Notes: generated by a model not told the origin, from the letters alone. A DNA stretch of 64,000 nucleotides from Candidatus Abzuiibacterium crystallinum (GCA_002787155.1 PCVY01000028.1:9478-73477); one strand, 5' to 3'; shown: positions 1 to 10,522, counted from the first letter of the stretch. A program made the numbers and translations.

Positions 1-772
1 TCTGCCGCATTTGATTCCACTCATTCAACTTTTTAAGTTTGACACGCAAAAAGGCAGCTTGCAAGCTATCCAGCCTTGAATTAGTCCCTTTGATTTGATG
101 AATATTTTTTTCCTTTTGTCCGTAATTGCGTAATAACTTTAAGCGCTCTGCTATCTCCCGATCGTTTGTAGTCACGGCGCCGCCGTCACCTAAGGCCCCC
201 AAATTCTTGGATGGATAAAAACTAAAACAAGTGGCATCCGTAATGCTCCCAACTCGTTTCTGAAAATATTTAGCACCGTGCGCCTGCGCCGCATCTTCGA
301 TGATGCGCAACTTTTTCTGCTTAGCAATATCTAAAATTGGATTCAGATCCGCAGGCTGCCCATAGAGATCAACCGGTAAAATAGCTTTGGTTTGAGGTGT
401 CAAAGCCGCTTCAATCTTGGCGGGATCCATGTGATAGGTTTTGGGATCAATGTCAACAAAAACAGGTTTAGCGCCCGTCTGTGTGATGGCCAAAGCCGTG
501 GCGATAAATGTGTGAGAAACCGTGATCACTTCATCGCCCGGACCAATCTCACATGCGCGGAGCGCTAAATAAAGGGCATCTGTTCCCGAAGCGACGCTAA
601 CTGCATGCTGGCTGCCACAATAATCGGCAAATTCCCGCTCAAAAGCTTCGGTTTCGATGCCTAAAATATACGCATTTGATTCAAAAATGGTTTGGTAGGC
701 GGCTCCCAGCTCTTTTTTAAGCTCATCATGCGCGGGTTTGAGATCAAAAAAAGGAATTTTCAAGTGAATGCT
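1..772 (-). CDS. DegT/DnrJ/EryC1/StrS-family PLP-dependent sugar aminotransferase. Partial: the 3' end lies beyond the window start; the likely start is TTG at 772.
   Basis: Manual reverse-complement translation of 1..772 gives an open frame with no stop reaching the window edge. It contains typical DegT-family motifs (…[28 protein letters not shown]…, …[22 protein letters not shown]…). It sits immediately downstream of an acetyltransferase on the same strand. Confidence 0.8.
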
Positions 773-773
773 C

Positions 774-1253
774 TTATTTTTTCGCTTTTCGCGTATCGCC
801 AATTTGTTTAGCAGGATTTCCAACGACAACAGCATAAGGAAGTACGTTTTTGGTTACCACCGCACCCGCACCGATTAATGCGCCTTCGCCGATGGTGATA
901 CCTCCTAAAATAGAAACATTACTTCCGATCGTGACATTTTTTTTGACACATGTTTTTAACAATTTCCAATCTTTTTCTGTTTGTAAAGTTCCATCCGGGT
1001 TTGTCGCTTTCGGGTAGTGGTCATTGATAAACATGACGCCATGTCCCACAAAAACACCTTCTTCAATGGTGACACCTTCGCAGATAAATGTATGGCTTTG
1101 AATCTTACATTTAGCACCGATATGACTGTTTTTCTGAATTTCAACAAAAGTACCAATGCGTGTTTCATCACCGATCACGCACCCATATAAATTGACAAGC
1201 TCCGGGTGGTGAATCACCACTTGTTTTCCCAATTGAACATCATCAGCAATCAT
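774..1253 (-). CDS. Left-handed beta-helix (hexapeptide-repeat) sugar N-/O-acetyltransferase, WbpD/PglD-like
   Basis: The 159 aa product has repeated [LIV]-G-x-x-x-x hexapeptides ([26 protein letters not shown]…). It is adjacent to DegT aminotransferase and oxidoreductase genes. Confidence 0.75.
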   Translation of the reverse strand: MIADDVQLGKQVVIHHPELVNLYGCVIGDETRIGTFVEIQKNSHIGAKCKIQSHTFICEGVTIEEGVFVGHGVMFINDHYPKATNPDGTLQTEKDWKLLKTCVKKNVTIGSNVSILGGITIGEGALIGAGAVVTKNVLPYAVVVGNPAKQIGDTRKAKK

Positions 1254-1262
1254 GACTCATCC

Positions 1263-1997
1263 CTATTTGCGAATCCTGAAGAAAAGCAAGAACATAGGCT
1301 TTAGTATACTCCACCAACTCACAATCGGCACCATTTTTGAATAACCCAGTTCCTTGGCAGGATAAATCTTCGAAACTCCCACTTCTTGAACACGGTATTT
1401 TAACCGTATCGCATAATAAAAAAGGTAAACTTCCAGTTCGTACCGGTCTAGCCATGCTTGATGAAAGTCCATGCGTGCCTCTTTTAAGAAATCTGCTCGA
1501 AAAGCACGGAAGCCGTTGGTGCTGTCTGTGATACGCTGACCTGACACGAATGAAAATAAAATCGGATGAACAAAACGTGTCGTGAGCAAACGATAAAGCG
1601 GCATATCGCCATATGTCCCGCTTTTTAAGTACCGAGATCCTTGGACAAAATCCGCCTGCCCGTCCACAATGGGCGCCAAAAGACGGGAAATTTCTTCCGG
1701 ATTATCCTTATTGTTCCCTGCCATTGTGACAACCGCATCATAGTTTTTTTCGATGGCATAATCATAAGCACGTTTCAGCGAAAAACCCACACCAGAACGA
1801 TTTTCATTTCGAATAAGCAAAAATTGATATTGTTGGGCTAATTTGGCAGGCTGTTCGTCCGTTGATGCATCATCCACCAATACAGCATCATATTGAACAT
1901 TTGAGGTTTGCTGTACTAAAAAAGAATGCACGCGCTCCGCTACTTTTGTTAGCTTGATACCTTCATTAAATGCAGGGATCACGATCAGGGCCTTCAT
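1263..1997 (-). CDS. GT2 family glycosyltransferase, DPM1-like polyprenyl-phosphate sugar synthase, with a C-terminal hydrophobic segment
   Basis: The N-terminus reads MKALIVIPAFNEG…VLVDDASTDE, the GT-A signature with the D-x-D region. The C-terminal VSWWSILKPMFLLFF is hydrophobic. A 4-bp ATGA overlap with the downstream gene suggests translational coupling. Confidence 0.7.
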   Translation of the reverse strand: MKALIVIPAFNEGIKLTKVAERVHSFLVQQTSNVQYDAVLVDDASTDEQPAKLAQQYQFLLIRNENRSGVGFSLKRAYDYAIEKNYDAVVTMAGNNKDNPEEISRLLAPIVDGQADFVQGSRYLKSGTYGDMPLYRLLTTRFVHPILFSFVSGQRITDSTNGFRAFRADFLKEARMDFHQAWLDRYELEVYLFYYAIRLKYRVQEVGVSKIYPAKELGYSKMVPIVSWWSILKPMFLLFFRIRK

Positions 1998-3025
1998 TGC
2001 AAACGAACGGGCACTCCACGTTTGGCAAGTGATTTTTGAACTGCTTTTAAAATTCGGACGACAGACAAACCGGATCGGCCGTCTGATAAGGGGCTTTTTC
2101 GTTTTCGAACGGCAGCGATAAATGCGTTAGCTTGTGCTTTAAGCGGCTCAGACAAATTAACCTTGGGAATCGTGATCGTTCCTTCTTTGGCAAGTAATTG
2201 AAATTCACCAAAAGTTTCGTAATAATATTTTTGAACCACTTGCCGGTCATAAATTTTAACAGGCCCTGTTTGATCTAAATCATCCCACATGAGCATATGT
2301 TTATCACCAACGACTGTGATTTGCCGAACCTTCCGGGGATCAAGCCAGCTAACATGAATGCTGACCAGAATATTTTTTGGATAAACCAATGAAATAAAAG
2401 CAACATCTTCAATTTTTTTCTGTAAGTAAATACCGCCGCGCGCTGACACCTCGATTGGTTCTGCGTTGAGTAGATAATTAAAAATTGAAACGTCATGGGC
2501 AGCCAAATCCCAAACAGCATTGACGTCCTGACGAAACGGCCCTAAGTTGGTTCGTTCTGAATGTAAGTAGTAAATACGGCCAAAACTTTTCTTTTGGATT
2601 AGCTCTTTCAGCTTTTGAATGCCTGCATTATAAAGAAATACATGCCCCACCATGAGGATGCGCTTCTTTTTTTGTGCTAATCGAATTAACTCTTTTGCCT
2701 GCCGCTCGTCCAAGCACAAGGGTTTCTCGCACAAAACATCTTTATTGGCCATCAAAGCGGCCTTCACCAAATTAAAATGGGTTGCCGTTGGTGTGGCTAC
2801 TACAACCGCCTGAATCCTGGGGTGGTTCAAAATTTCCTGGAAACGATTGGTGGGATGAATGGTTCTAAACTGCTGTTTCATGGCTTTGAGGCGGTCCCGG
2901 TTCAGATCGGCACACATAAGGACGCGAACCTCTTCCATGCTTGAGAAATTTCGGATGTGGTTAGGCCCCCACTGCCCACAACCAATCACGCCAATATTAA
3001 TCATAACTCTCCTTGTCTCAAGCAC
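1994..3025 (-). CDS. Gfo/Idh/MocA-family NAD(P)-dependent oxidoreductase. A candidate UDP-sugar 3-dehydrogenase (WbpB-like).
   Basis: N-terminal Rossmann motif INIGVIGCGQWGPNHI. The protein is 343 aa. It is linked to DegT aminotransferase and LbH acetyltransferase genes, the arrangement seen in WbpB/WbpE/WbpD. Confidence 0.65.
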   Translation of the reverse strand: MLETRRVMINIGVIGCGQWGPNHIRNFSSMEEVRVLMCADLNRDRLKAMKQQFRTIHPTNRFQEILNHPRIQAVVVATPTATHFNLVKAALMANKDVLCEKPLCLDERQAKELIRLAQKKKRILMVGHVFLYNAGIQKLKELIQKKSFGRIYYLHSERTNLGPFRQDVNAVWDLAAHDVSIFNYLLNAEPIEVSARGGIYLQKKIEDVAFISLVYPKNILVSIHVSWLDPRKVRQITVVGDKHMLMWDDLDQTGPVKIYDRQVVQKYYYETFGEFQLLAKEGTITIPKVNLSEPLKAQANAFIAAVRKRKSPLSDGRSGLSVVRILKAVQKSLAKRGVPVRLQ

Positions 3026-4750
3026 TTATCGGCTTTTTAACAATCGCTCTTGAATGGCTCTGGCCCATGGCGGCACCGGATTCTTGACCACCGCACACAA
3101 AGTCACGCCATCTGCTTTAATTTCGTGAATGGTGCCCTCTGGCGGCCATTTGTCACTCAACAACTCGTCATGACTCAAATTTCTTGTAAGTCCAATACCG
3201 TAATCCCAACCCCGCGTTCCATGAATTGACGGGACCAAGGGATTGTATTGATCGCCAAGCATGGTCTTTAAGTAATAAGCTGTTTGCAAAGTACTTCCGT
3301 CGCTTGAAACCACTACCGGATCATACATGCCTTCTTCTTTCAAATGCTCCCCCAGCCATTCGGCTGCCAGTTTTAAACTGTTCCCCCAATAATCAGTATC
3401 ATAATTACCAAAAGCACCTTTTAACCCACCCACAGTTTCATTGAAGTAGACATACGCGTGCGGATGATTACGCACCATCCAAGCGGCAGGTCTTACCAAC
3501 AAAACGACCAGTAAAACGCAGGCCATTGCTTTTAACCAGGTTTTTTGAAGCAGCCGCCATAGATGCTCCCAGCCCAGAACGGCAAGAACAACAAAAGGCG
3601 GATAAACAAATATAAAATGACGCCATCCATCATAAAGTGGCGGCTTCTTAAAGATAGCATAGCCAATCGGAAAGAAGGCTGCAAGTAAAAGAACCTTCAG
3701 AGCGCTGTCCCGATCAATTGGTTTGGCCCTCCATCGGGCAAAGACAAAAAAAGCCCAACCCAATAAAATAAATAGAGGCGACGTAATGAAAATCCATTTT
3801 GGGATGTAATACCAAGGCAAATGAGTTGACAAATATTTTTCACCTTCAAAAAGAACGCCTAAAACCAGCGCGTTGTAATTGGACATTTCGTGGAATGCAA
3901 TCCAAGGATTCTTCAAAGGCGCTTCAAGCCCGAAAGGCCAAAAAATCAAACCGCCAAAATATCCCAGCAAACTCACGATCAATACGGAGGTAAGAGACAC
4001 GCTCATTACTTTTGTATTCAAGCGATGGTTAAAATACTGCGTGACCCAAAAACAAAAAAGGAAGAAGAAAAGATAAGCCAGTAATAAAATACCGCCGATT
4101 CGAACAGCAATAGAAAGCGCCACACCTAAAGCCAGCAAAAGGATGCGCCGCCATTTTGGTTTGGGTAATTCATTTAGAAACGGAATCATCCAATAAAGCG
4201 CAAGGGTATAGGTGAGTGCAAACGGGATATCTTTGGGATTATTCATACTATGACCGAGTAGACGCGGTGACAAAAACGCAAACCAAAGACCTAAGGATGC
4301 TGCCCGCCATCCAGCCATCCGCTGACACAACAGCCCTATAATCAGAATGATGAGAAATCCGACACAAGCGTTAATAAAATGTCTGGTTTCGTAAAAATCA
4401 CCCCATTGAAGATCCTGAAAAGCCGCCCGATGGATAGACCCCGTTTTCAACCCATAAATCAATGTTGTTATGGTGTCAAATAAGTGACCATACAAATTCA
4501 GGGTTAGATCACCGCCAATGTCAGCACCTGAAGTCAGCGCTGCTTTATCTTGACCGCCGGTTAAAAAATAACGAACGATTAACTTGCCGTAGTGGGCGTG
4601 AACCCACTCATCCCATGTCATGCCATAATCGGAGCTGATCATGGTCATAATAACCAGCATCAAGGCTGCAGAGACCCAGAAAAATCTCTTTAGAAATAAT
4701 TCGCTGATGCTGAAATGAGTTGGATCTAGCAGGAAACTGTTTGTTTTCAT
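3026..4750 (-). CDS. GT-C fold membrane glycosyltransferase (GT39/GT83-like, PMT/ArnT family), polyprenyl-phosphate-sugar dependent
   Basis: The 574 aa product has about 11 predicted TM helices. The first loop carries the D-E motif (…YGMTWDEWVHAHYG…). A large C-terminal soluble domain follows. The gene sits immediately downstream of a DPM1-like GT2 gene (ATGA overlap). Confidence 0.7.
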   Translation of the reverse strand: MKTNSFLLDPTHFSISELFLKRFFWVSAALMLVIMTMISSDYGMTWDEWVHAHYGKLIVRYFLTGGQDKAALTSGADIGGDLTLNLYGHLFDTITTLIYGLKTGSIHRAAFQDLQWGDFYETRHFINACVGFLIILIIGLLCQRMAGWRAASLGLWFAFLSPRLLGHSMNNPKDIPFALTYTLALYWMIPFLNELPKPKWRRILLLALGVALSIAVRIGGILLLAYLFFFLFCFWVTQYFNHRLNTKVMSVSLTSVLIVSLLGYFGGLIFWPFGLEAPLKNPWIAFHEMSNYNALVLGVLFEGEKYLSTHLPWYYIPKWIFITSPLFILLGWAFFVFARWRAKPIDRDSALKVLLLAAFFPIGYAIFKKPPLYDGWRHFIFVYPPFVVLAVLGWEHLWRLLQKTWLKAMACVLLVVLLVRPAAWMVRNHPHAYVYFNETVGGLKGAFGNYDTDYWGNSLKLAAEWLGEHLKEEGMYDPVVVSSDGSTLQTAYYLKTMLGDQYNPLVPSIHGTRGWDYGIGLTRNLSHDELLSDKWPPEGTIHEIKADGVTLCAVVKNPVPPWARAIQERLLKSR

Positions 4751-5454
4751 CGGCGTTTAACCGTGTACCTCATGAGATCAAAAAAAGTCATATAAATGTT
4801 ACGCCATTTAGCGCCGGATGCTCTGCCCTGCGTTCGCGGGAGAAAATCAATACTTTCGCAGTCAATCCGAAATCCTCTTTTCTTTGCCTCAACAATTCTC
4901 TCAATCTCTCCAAAAAAACTTTGCGACATAAGCGGCGCTGTAAAAATTTCTTTCCGGCCTAATTTAATGCCGTTGGCATCCTTGGTATCAATCCCAAACA
5001 AGCATTTTGGAATGAGATTAAAACCAAACGACAAAAACTGCCGCCAGGGTGTGTAGATTTTTTTCCTATTTTCACGCACCCCAATCACCAAATCTAAACG
5101 ATCTTTCTGCATTCGATGAAACAATTTAACCAAATTACCGGCCGGCCACTGATCATCAGCTGCCGTTTGGAAGATGTGCGTTCCCTTCGCTTCGTGAAAT
5201 AGGTCTCTAAATGAACGGTAGATCCCCTGATTGGTTGTGTGGCGCATGACGCGGATTTCTTTTGTTTGATCCGCCAGTTTCGTTAAAATGGTGCAGGTAT
5301 TATCATGGCTTGCGTCATCCAAGCAAAGAACCTCAAACCCATCTAGTTCTGGTTGAAGCGCCTCAAGAACTGTCAGATGGTCCTCGACCACCTTTTGAAT
5401 GGTGCCGGCCTCATTATAAGCGGGAATGGTAACGGATAGATACGGTTTAGGCAT
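4747..5454 (-). CDS. GT2 family glycosyltransferase, DPM1-like polyprenyl-phosphate sugar synthase
   Basis: N-terminus MPKPYLSVTIPAYNEAGTIQKVV…VLCLDDASHDNT. The protein is 235 aa. It is translationally coupled to the GT-C gene at 3026..4750. Confidence 0.7.
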   Translation of the reverse strand: MPKPYLSVTIPAYNEAGTIQKVVEDHLTVLEALQPELDGFEVLCLDDASHDNTCTILTKLADQTKEIRVMRHTTNQGIYRSFRDLFHEAKGTHIFQTAADDQWPAGNLVKLFHRMQKDRLDLVIGVRENRKKIYTPWRQFLSFGFNLIPKCLFGIDTKDANGIKLGRKEIFTAPLMSQSFFGEIERIVEAKKRGFRIDCESIDFLPRTQGRASGAKWRNIYMTFFDLMRYTVKRR

Positions 5455-5637
5455 GCTTTGACATCACTTTGAATGGTTGCTGTAAAAGTGTTCGGCTAAA
5501 TGATTCATGTATATATATTTCGGCCATTTTGATCCCTGTTTAAACATACCATATAACTAGTGGTGTTAGACAATGGTTAAAGTAACCGTGTCACGCGTCA
5601 TTGATGGGCTGTTTTTAAGTAGAGCTAACCATATCAA

Positions 5638-7200
5638 TTGTCTAACGGTACTAGTCGATATTTCATTAATAGAATGCAAACTGACCGTTTTCGATGGCTT
5701 GATCCTATTGTTCTGTTCTCCTGTTTAGCACTTTTGCTGGGCTATACCGGTGTTCGCGCTTATTTATTATCGATGACGCACGATGAAGCGCTCACCTACA
5801 CTTATTTTGCACTTCTACCCAAAACTTATACGGAAATCATCACCTACCATATTCCAACCACCAACAATCATTTACTAAACTCCTTGTTGATCAAATTCTT
5901 TACGTCTCATTGGGGCGACTCGGAATTCATCATCCGTTTACCTGCCCTGACCGGTCATCTGTTGTTTTTGTTGGGAACTTTATTTTGTTTGCGCCTGTTT
6001 TTCAAAGGACCTTGGTTGTGGGGAAGTTTCTTACTGGTCAATGCGCATCCGTTTCTTTTGGATTATTTTTCATGTGCTCGCGGCTATGCCCTCGCTTTAG
6101 GATTTAGCGCCCTTGCATTTTTCATGATTTTGATGATGATCAAGCATGGCCGGCTGACACAAAGCCCGTTCCAACTTGTCATTGCCATGCTAATGATGGT
6201 ATTAGCAGTTCTGTCAAATTTAGCTTTTTTAAACCTAATGATGCCCATGATGGCATTGATCATGTTTTTTGGTATCTTTTCACTCATTCGCCAAAAAGTT
6301 TCTTTTATGAAGCGCGCACAGTCAATCATAGCGAACCTGGGCCTGCCCATGGCCATCCCCGGTTATGGGTTATATTTCATCTATGCCGAACCCATACGCA
6401 AACTAAAAGCTGCGGACGAATTTTATCATGGCGGCAGTCAAAGCTTTTGGCATGACACCATCGGAAGCTTGCTGACGGTATCCTTGCATGAACAATCATA
6501 CGGTATTCTGGGGAACATTTCTTTTCTTTCAATCCTGGCTGCCGGCTTACTTGTTTTAGCAGGCATTTTACTTCTCTTCTATTTCAAAAAACATCGGACG
6601 TTATCATTTACCGGTAAGTCGCTTGGCTTTTTTTTGCTCCTTTTACTCACTTGTACTGCTGGCAGCATCGCTGAACATATTTTGATAGGGACTGTTTATC
6701 CGTTTGACCGGGCTGCGATTTTCTTCATTCCTATTTTCACTTTTACTTTCCTGTTGACGGCCCGGCTGGCTCTTGACCTCTCAAATCAAGCCATGCAGCG
6801 AATCGTGATCGTAGTGTACGGCTGTCTAATCATCATTGGATTGTGCCATTTTGCGCGTTGCGCTAACTTGACACATTTTTTGTTAAACAAACCAGACGCC
6901 AACACAAAAGATGTCATGCAATATTTACGCGAAATACATCGTGTCGAGAACTTAGCGCCTCGTTCGGTGAGCCTGGGTGTCCATTGGTGGTTTGAACCAG
7001 CTGTGAATTATTACATCATTAGAGAAAAGCTTTACTGGCTTCAATTTGTCAATCGCCGCGGACTAGGCGGAAAATTTGATTATTACTACTTTCGAGAACC
7101 AGATAAGGAAATTATTCCAACGTACAATCTGGAAGTCATCCAGCATTACCCGCTGCCGGATACTTATCTCGCAGAACCTAAGGGTTCGCACACAGGTTAG
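5638..7200 (+). CDS. GT-C fold membrane glycosyltransferase (PMT/ArnT-like)
   Basis: The 520 aa product is polytopic. An HDE motif occurs early (…LSMTHDEALTYTYF…). The gene is divergent from the GT2 gene at 4747..5454. The true start may be an internal Met (MQTDRF…). Confidence 0.6.
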   Translation: MSNGTSRYFINRMQTDRFRWLDPIVLFSCLALLLGYTGVRAYLLSMTHDEALTYTYFALLPKTYTEIITYHIPTTNNHLLNSLLIKFFTSHWGDSEFIIRLPALTGHLLFLLGTLFCLRLFFKGPWLWGSFLLVNAHPFLLDYFSCARGYALALGFSALAFFMILMMIKHGRLTQSPFQLVIAMLMMVLAVLSNLAFLNLMMPMMALIMFFGIFSLIRQKVSFMKRAQSIIANLGLPMAIPGYGLYFIYAEPIRKLKAADEFYHGGSQSFWHDTIGSLLTVSLHEQSYGILGNISFLSILAAGLLVLAGILLLFYFKKHRTLSFTGKSLGFFLLLLLTCTAGSIAEHILIGTVYPFDRAAIFFIPIFTFTFLLTARLALDLSNQAMQRIVIVVYGCLIIIGLCHFARCANLTHFLLNKPDANTKDVMQYLREIHRVENLAPRSVSLGVHWWFEPAVNYYIIREKLYWLQFVNRRGLGGKFDYYYFREPDKEIIPTYNLEVIQHYPLPDTYLAEPKGSHTG

Positions 7201-8147
7201 GCATTCCGACTAATACAAACTTCCTGTTTGGTATACGCTTCGATTAATTCACGAATTCCGTCATCAAGCCTGTGAGTGGGTTTGAATCCTGTTTTCTCAA
7301 TCTTTTCATTAGAAACAATGTAGTCACGCTGATCAGGATCCTTACCCGTTGCGGATTCTGTAAATTTGAAAGACGGTAAGTGATTTTGGATTGCTTGGCA
7401 CAGTTCAAGCTTAGACAAGTTAGCCTCTGACAATCCTACGTTGTAAACTTGGCCGCATAACTTTGAAAAATGATTAATGCCGTGCAGAAAAGCCCTGGCG
7501 ACATCCTTCACGTGAATATAATTACGTTTAAAATGCCCTTCAAAGATTTCCAAAGAGCCGTCTTTCCAAGCCCGATAGGTGAAATCATTCACCAATAAAT
7601 CAATCCGCATGCGGGGCGAAACACCAAAAACAGTCGCCAATCGAAAACTAATCGAATTCTGCCGTCGTAATACAATTTTTTCTGCTTCAACTTTTGTGCG
7701 CGCATAAAGCGACAAGGGGTTCATGGGCGATTCTTCGGTGCACATCTTTCCTTTCTCCCCGATGCCATAGCCGCTGTTGGTAGTAGGAATCAAGATCTTC
7801 TGCCGTTCACTCAACACGCCGCACATTTTCCGTATAGCTTCTTGATTAATCTGAACCGCTTCCTCAGGTCGTTGATCGCACAAAGGCGCACCTACCAAAG
7901 CAGCAAGCGGAATGATGACATCTGCTTTCTCAAAATAGGGAACTAATTGATCAATCTCTCTTACATCACCTTCGATAAACTGGTATCGATCTGATGCCTG
8001 GATAGCGGCAAGGCTTTTTTGTTTATACATCAAATTATCAATTACTGTTACTTGAAAATTATTTCTTAAAAGTTCTGGCACCAAAATCGAACCTATGTAA
8101 CCTGCCCCGCCTGTTACCACCACATGTTGATTCAAGGCTGCCTCCAC
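7197..8147 (-). CDS. NAD-dependent epimerase/dehydratase (extended SDR), nucleotide-sugar 4-epimerase-like
   Basis: GxxGxxG motif (VVVTGGAGYIGS). A YxxxK context is present (YARTK). The protein is 316 aa. Confidence 0.7.
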   Translation of the reverse strand: MEAALNQHVVVTGGAGYIGSILVPELLRNNFQVTVIDNLMYKQKSLAAIQASDRYQFIEGDVREIDQLVPYFEKADVIIPLAALVGAPLCDQRPEEAVQINQEAIRKMCGVLSERQKILIPTTNSGYGIGEKGKMCTEESPMNPLSLYARTKVEAEKIVLRRQNSISFRLATVFGVSPRMRIDLLVNDFTYRAWKDGSLEIFEGHFKRNYIHVKDVARAFLHGINHFSKLCGQVYNVGLSEANLSKLELCQAIQNHLPSFKFTESATGKDPDQRDYIVSNEKIEKTGFKPTHRLDDGIRELIEAYTKQEVCISRNA

Positions 8148-8153
8148 TTGTGC

Positions 8154-8849
8154 CTAAAAAATTTGTTGTGCTTTTTCATAGTCTTTCGGAATACCAATGT
8201 CAATAAATCGGCCTTTTGCTTCAAAACCGAATACTGCTTGATGATTTTGAACCCAGCCAGGGAGCAATACCTGTTCCAAGGACAGTTTTGCGCTTGGCTT
8301 TTTTGCTAACGATGTGAGAAATGACTGATTGAACAAATAGACGCCGCCGTTGATAAAACCTTTCTGAGACGTTTGAGGGCTTAAGAATTGTATTACCCGC
8401 CCCTCTGCATCCGTACACACATGCCCATAACGATCATTATTTTCAACCGTATGCAGGCAAATAGTTAACGCAGACTGTTTTGATCGATGAAACGTTTCTA
8501 ACGATTTCCGCTCAATTTCAAAGAAAGTATCTCCATTCAGAACGAGCACTTGGGCTGATACTTGGTTTGATTTTAAAGCCAATAACAACCCGCCGCCGGT
8601 TCCCAGAAAATCTGGCTCCACGGAATAAACAATATCAACATTGCGATATTGATTCCCAAAATGATTCTGAATCATTTTAGCCTTATAGCCAATGGCCAAA
8701 ATAAATCGCTCAATCCCCTGCTCAATCCAATAATCCATTAAAAATTCGAGGAAAGGGCGGTTATGGATCGGTGCCATGGGTTTTGGGAGATCGGGCACTC
8801 GCGACTTTAATCTTTCTCCAGCCCCACCCGCTAAAATAATGGCATCCAC
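8154..8849 (-). CDS. Sugar-1-phosphate nucleotidyltransferase (NTP_transferase fold; HddC/RmlA-short-like)
   Basis: N-terminus MDAIILAGGAGERLKS…LPKPM, the G-x-G-T/E-R-L motif of sugar-phosphate nucleotidyltransferases. The protein is 231 aa. Confidence 0.7.
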   Translation of the reverse strand: MDAIILAGGAGERLKSRVPDLPKPMAPIHNRPFLEFLMDYWIEQGIERFILAIGYKAKMIQNHFGNQYRNVDIVYSVEPDFLGTGGGLLLALKSNQVSAQVLVLNGDTFFEIERKSLETFHRSKQSALTICLHTVENNDRYGHVCTDAEGRVIQFLSPQTSQKGFINGGVYLFNQSFLTSLAKKPSAKLSLEQVLLPGWVQNHQAVFGFEAKGRFIDIGIPKDYEKAQQIF

Positions 8850-8858
8850 TGTAGCAGC

Positions 8859-9848
8859 TTATTTCTTCCCGAGCATACGCAGCGTAGCCGGGACATTTTG
8901 GCGATACCAAGCAATCGTTTTCTGAATACCGGCATCCAAATCGATGGTCGGCCGCCAGCCAAAGATTTGCTTTGCTTTTTGAATATTGACCGCTAATTTA
9001 TAGTTAATCGAAGGTTTGGATGTGTCATATTGAATCTTCATGGTACGTCCGGAATGACGAATAATTTTCTCCACCAATGTCTTTACCGCAATCGACTTTC
9101 CCATGCCCACATTAACAAGTTCATAGCGTGTTTGTTGTTTTTGGAGCGCCAGGCCGACAAAGTTCACTAAATCGTCCACATGAAGCAAATCACGTTCATC
9201 GGAACCATCACCCCAAACAGTTAAAAGATCGCTCGGGTTGGTTAAAACCTTGGTCATGGTCGCACCAAACACATGCGAACGCTCAAGATCATATTTATCA
9301 TGAGGGCCATAAATATTGGAATGCCTGACAACGGTAAATTTGGTGTCGCTGATTCGAGAAAAAAACTCGCACATTTTTTCAATATAGACCTTCGTCCATC
9401 CCACGCCAAAATACTTATCCTTGATTTGATAGTTAAAATCGTCCTCACGCACTGGCCGGACACCTTCGGGGTACATCGTTGTGCAACTAAAAAAGACAAG
9501 ATGTTTGATTTTTTGCTCAAACCCTTCTCGCAAGATCAAAGAATTCATAACCGCATTGTCCGTCACGTGAATGAAAGGTCTGGTCACAATGTCTTTTGCA
9601 CCGGAGGTAGTGGCAGCGGCTTGAATCACAATAGCCGATCCTTTGATCGCGCGCGAAACATGGGAGTGGTTGGTTAAATCTGCCTTCAGTAATTTGAGGC
9701 GTTTGTTTTGACGTAAGGCTAAGGAAGGCTTTGTCTTCCAAAAAGTACCGGCAATAGGCCCTTTCCAACGTTCAGAAAAATAATCGACCAAATTCCGGCC
9801 GATGAAACCAGTGACACCGCATATTAATAATTGTTGTTTTTGACTCAT
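8859..9848 (-). CDS. GDP-sugar 3,5-epimerase/4-reductase-like SDR (Fcl/MlghC/Rmd-like)
   Basis: N-terminus LLICGVTGFIGRNLV. The motifs NIYGPHDKYDLERSHVFGATMTKV and VWGDGSDERDLLHVDDLVNF align with the GDP-fucose synthase family. Confidence 0.6.
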   Translation of the reverse strand: MSQKQQLLICGVTGFIGRNLVDYFSERWKGPIAGTFWKTKPSLALRQNKRLKLLKADLTNHSHVSRAIKGSAIVIQAAATTSGAKDIVTRPFIHVTDNAVMNSLILREGFEQKIKHLVFFSCTTMYPEGVRPVREDDFNYQIKDKYFGVGWTKVYIEKMCEFFSRISDTKFTVVRHSNIYGPHDKYDLERSHVFGATMTKVLTNPSDLLTVWGDGSDERDLLHVDDLVNFVGLALQKQQTRYELVNVGMGKSIAVKTLVEKIIRHSGRTMKIQYDTSKPSINYKLAVNIQKAKQIFGWRPTIDLDAGIQKTIAWYRQNVPATLRMLGKK

Positions 9849-10522
9849 TTCCTAAAAAACTCCGTCATGATAATACCTATAATGCCAAGCCCATTTTTAA
9901 GTGGGCTCATTTTTCTAATACCCCCGATTCGTTTAGGTTCATCACCTGGAATATCAGCCACTTTTAGCTTACGTTTGGCACACTGGATTGCTAATTGAGG
10001 CTCGATCCCCCCAACGCTGGCGCTAATATGACCTTCTTCTACTACGGATCGTTTCCACGCCCGAAACATAACCAAAGTGTCAGTATAATGCCCGCCGAAT
10101 AGAACGTTGATAAGGGTGGTAAACATCCAATTTCCAAAACTGGTGACAGGATCATCGTCTTCGCTTTTAGCCCCCTGACAATAGCGTGACACGATTACCA
10201 TATCGTAACCTTCTTTCATTTTAGCGACCAACACCGGAATTTTCTCTGGCAAAGAATTTCCATCCGGACTAAACGGGATCATCACGTCGCCTTTGGCCGC
10301 TGCCATGGCTTCGAAATAAGATTGGATCAAACCCTTCGATTTCTGCTTGATAAGAATACAGTCATTCTGCTTGGCATAAGCCTCTAGATATTCATAAGTC
10401 CCGTCAGAAGAATGACCATCAACAAAAATGATTTCATCAACCCATTCCCGTTTAATCTGCGGTAAAATTGCCCGGCACCCTGCCAGTTCATTGACGGTTG
10501 GTATAATTAAAGTAAATTTCAC
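9845..10522 (-). CDS. GT2 family glycosyltransferase, DPM1-like, with no C-terminal TM segment
   Basis: N-terminus MKFTLIIPTVNELAG…IIFVDGHSSDGT. The protein is 225 aa. Confidence 0.65.
   Translation of the reverse strand: MKFTLIIPTVNELAGCRAILPQIKREWVDEIIFVDGHSSDGTYEYLEAYAKQNDCILIKQKSKGLIQSYFEAMAAAKGDVMIPFSPDGNSLPEKIPVLVAKMKEGYDMVIVSRYCQGAKSEDDDPVTSFGNWMFTTLINVLFGGHYTDTLVMFRAWKRSVVEEGHISASVGGIEPQLAIQCAKRKLKVADIPGDEPKRIGGIRKMSPLKNGLGIIGIIMTEFFRK

Noticed and set aside
956-1531. Short ORFs (956..1171, 1243..1455, 1337..1531) overlapping the acetyltransferase and GT2 genes on either strand
   Set aside because: They are fully embedded in longer ORFs that have strong family motifs, and they have no recognisable motifs themselves. 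They are most likely spurious.
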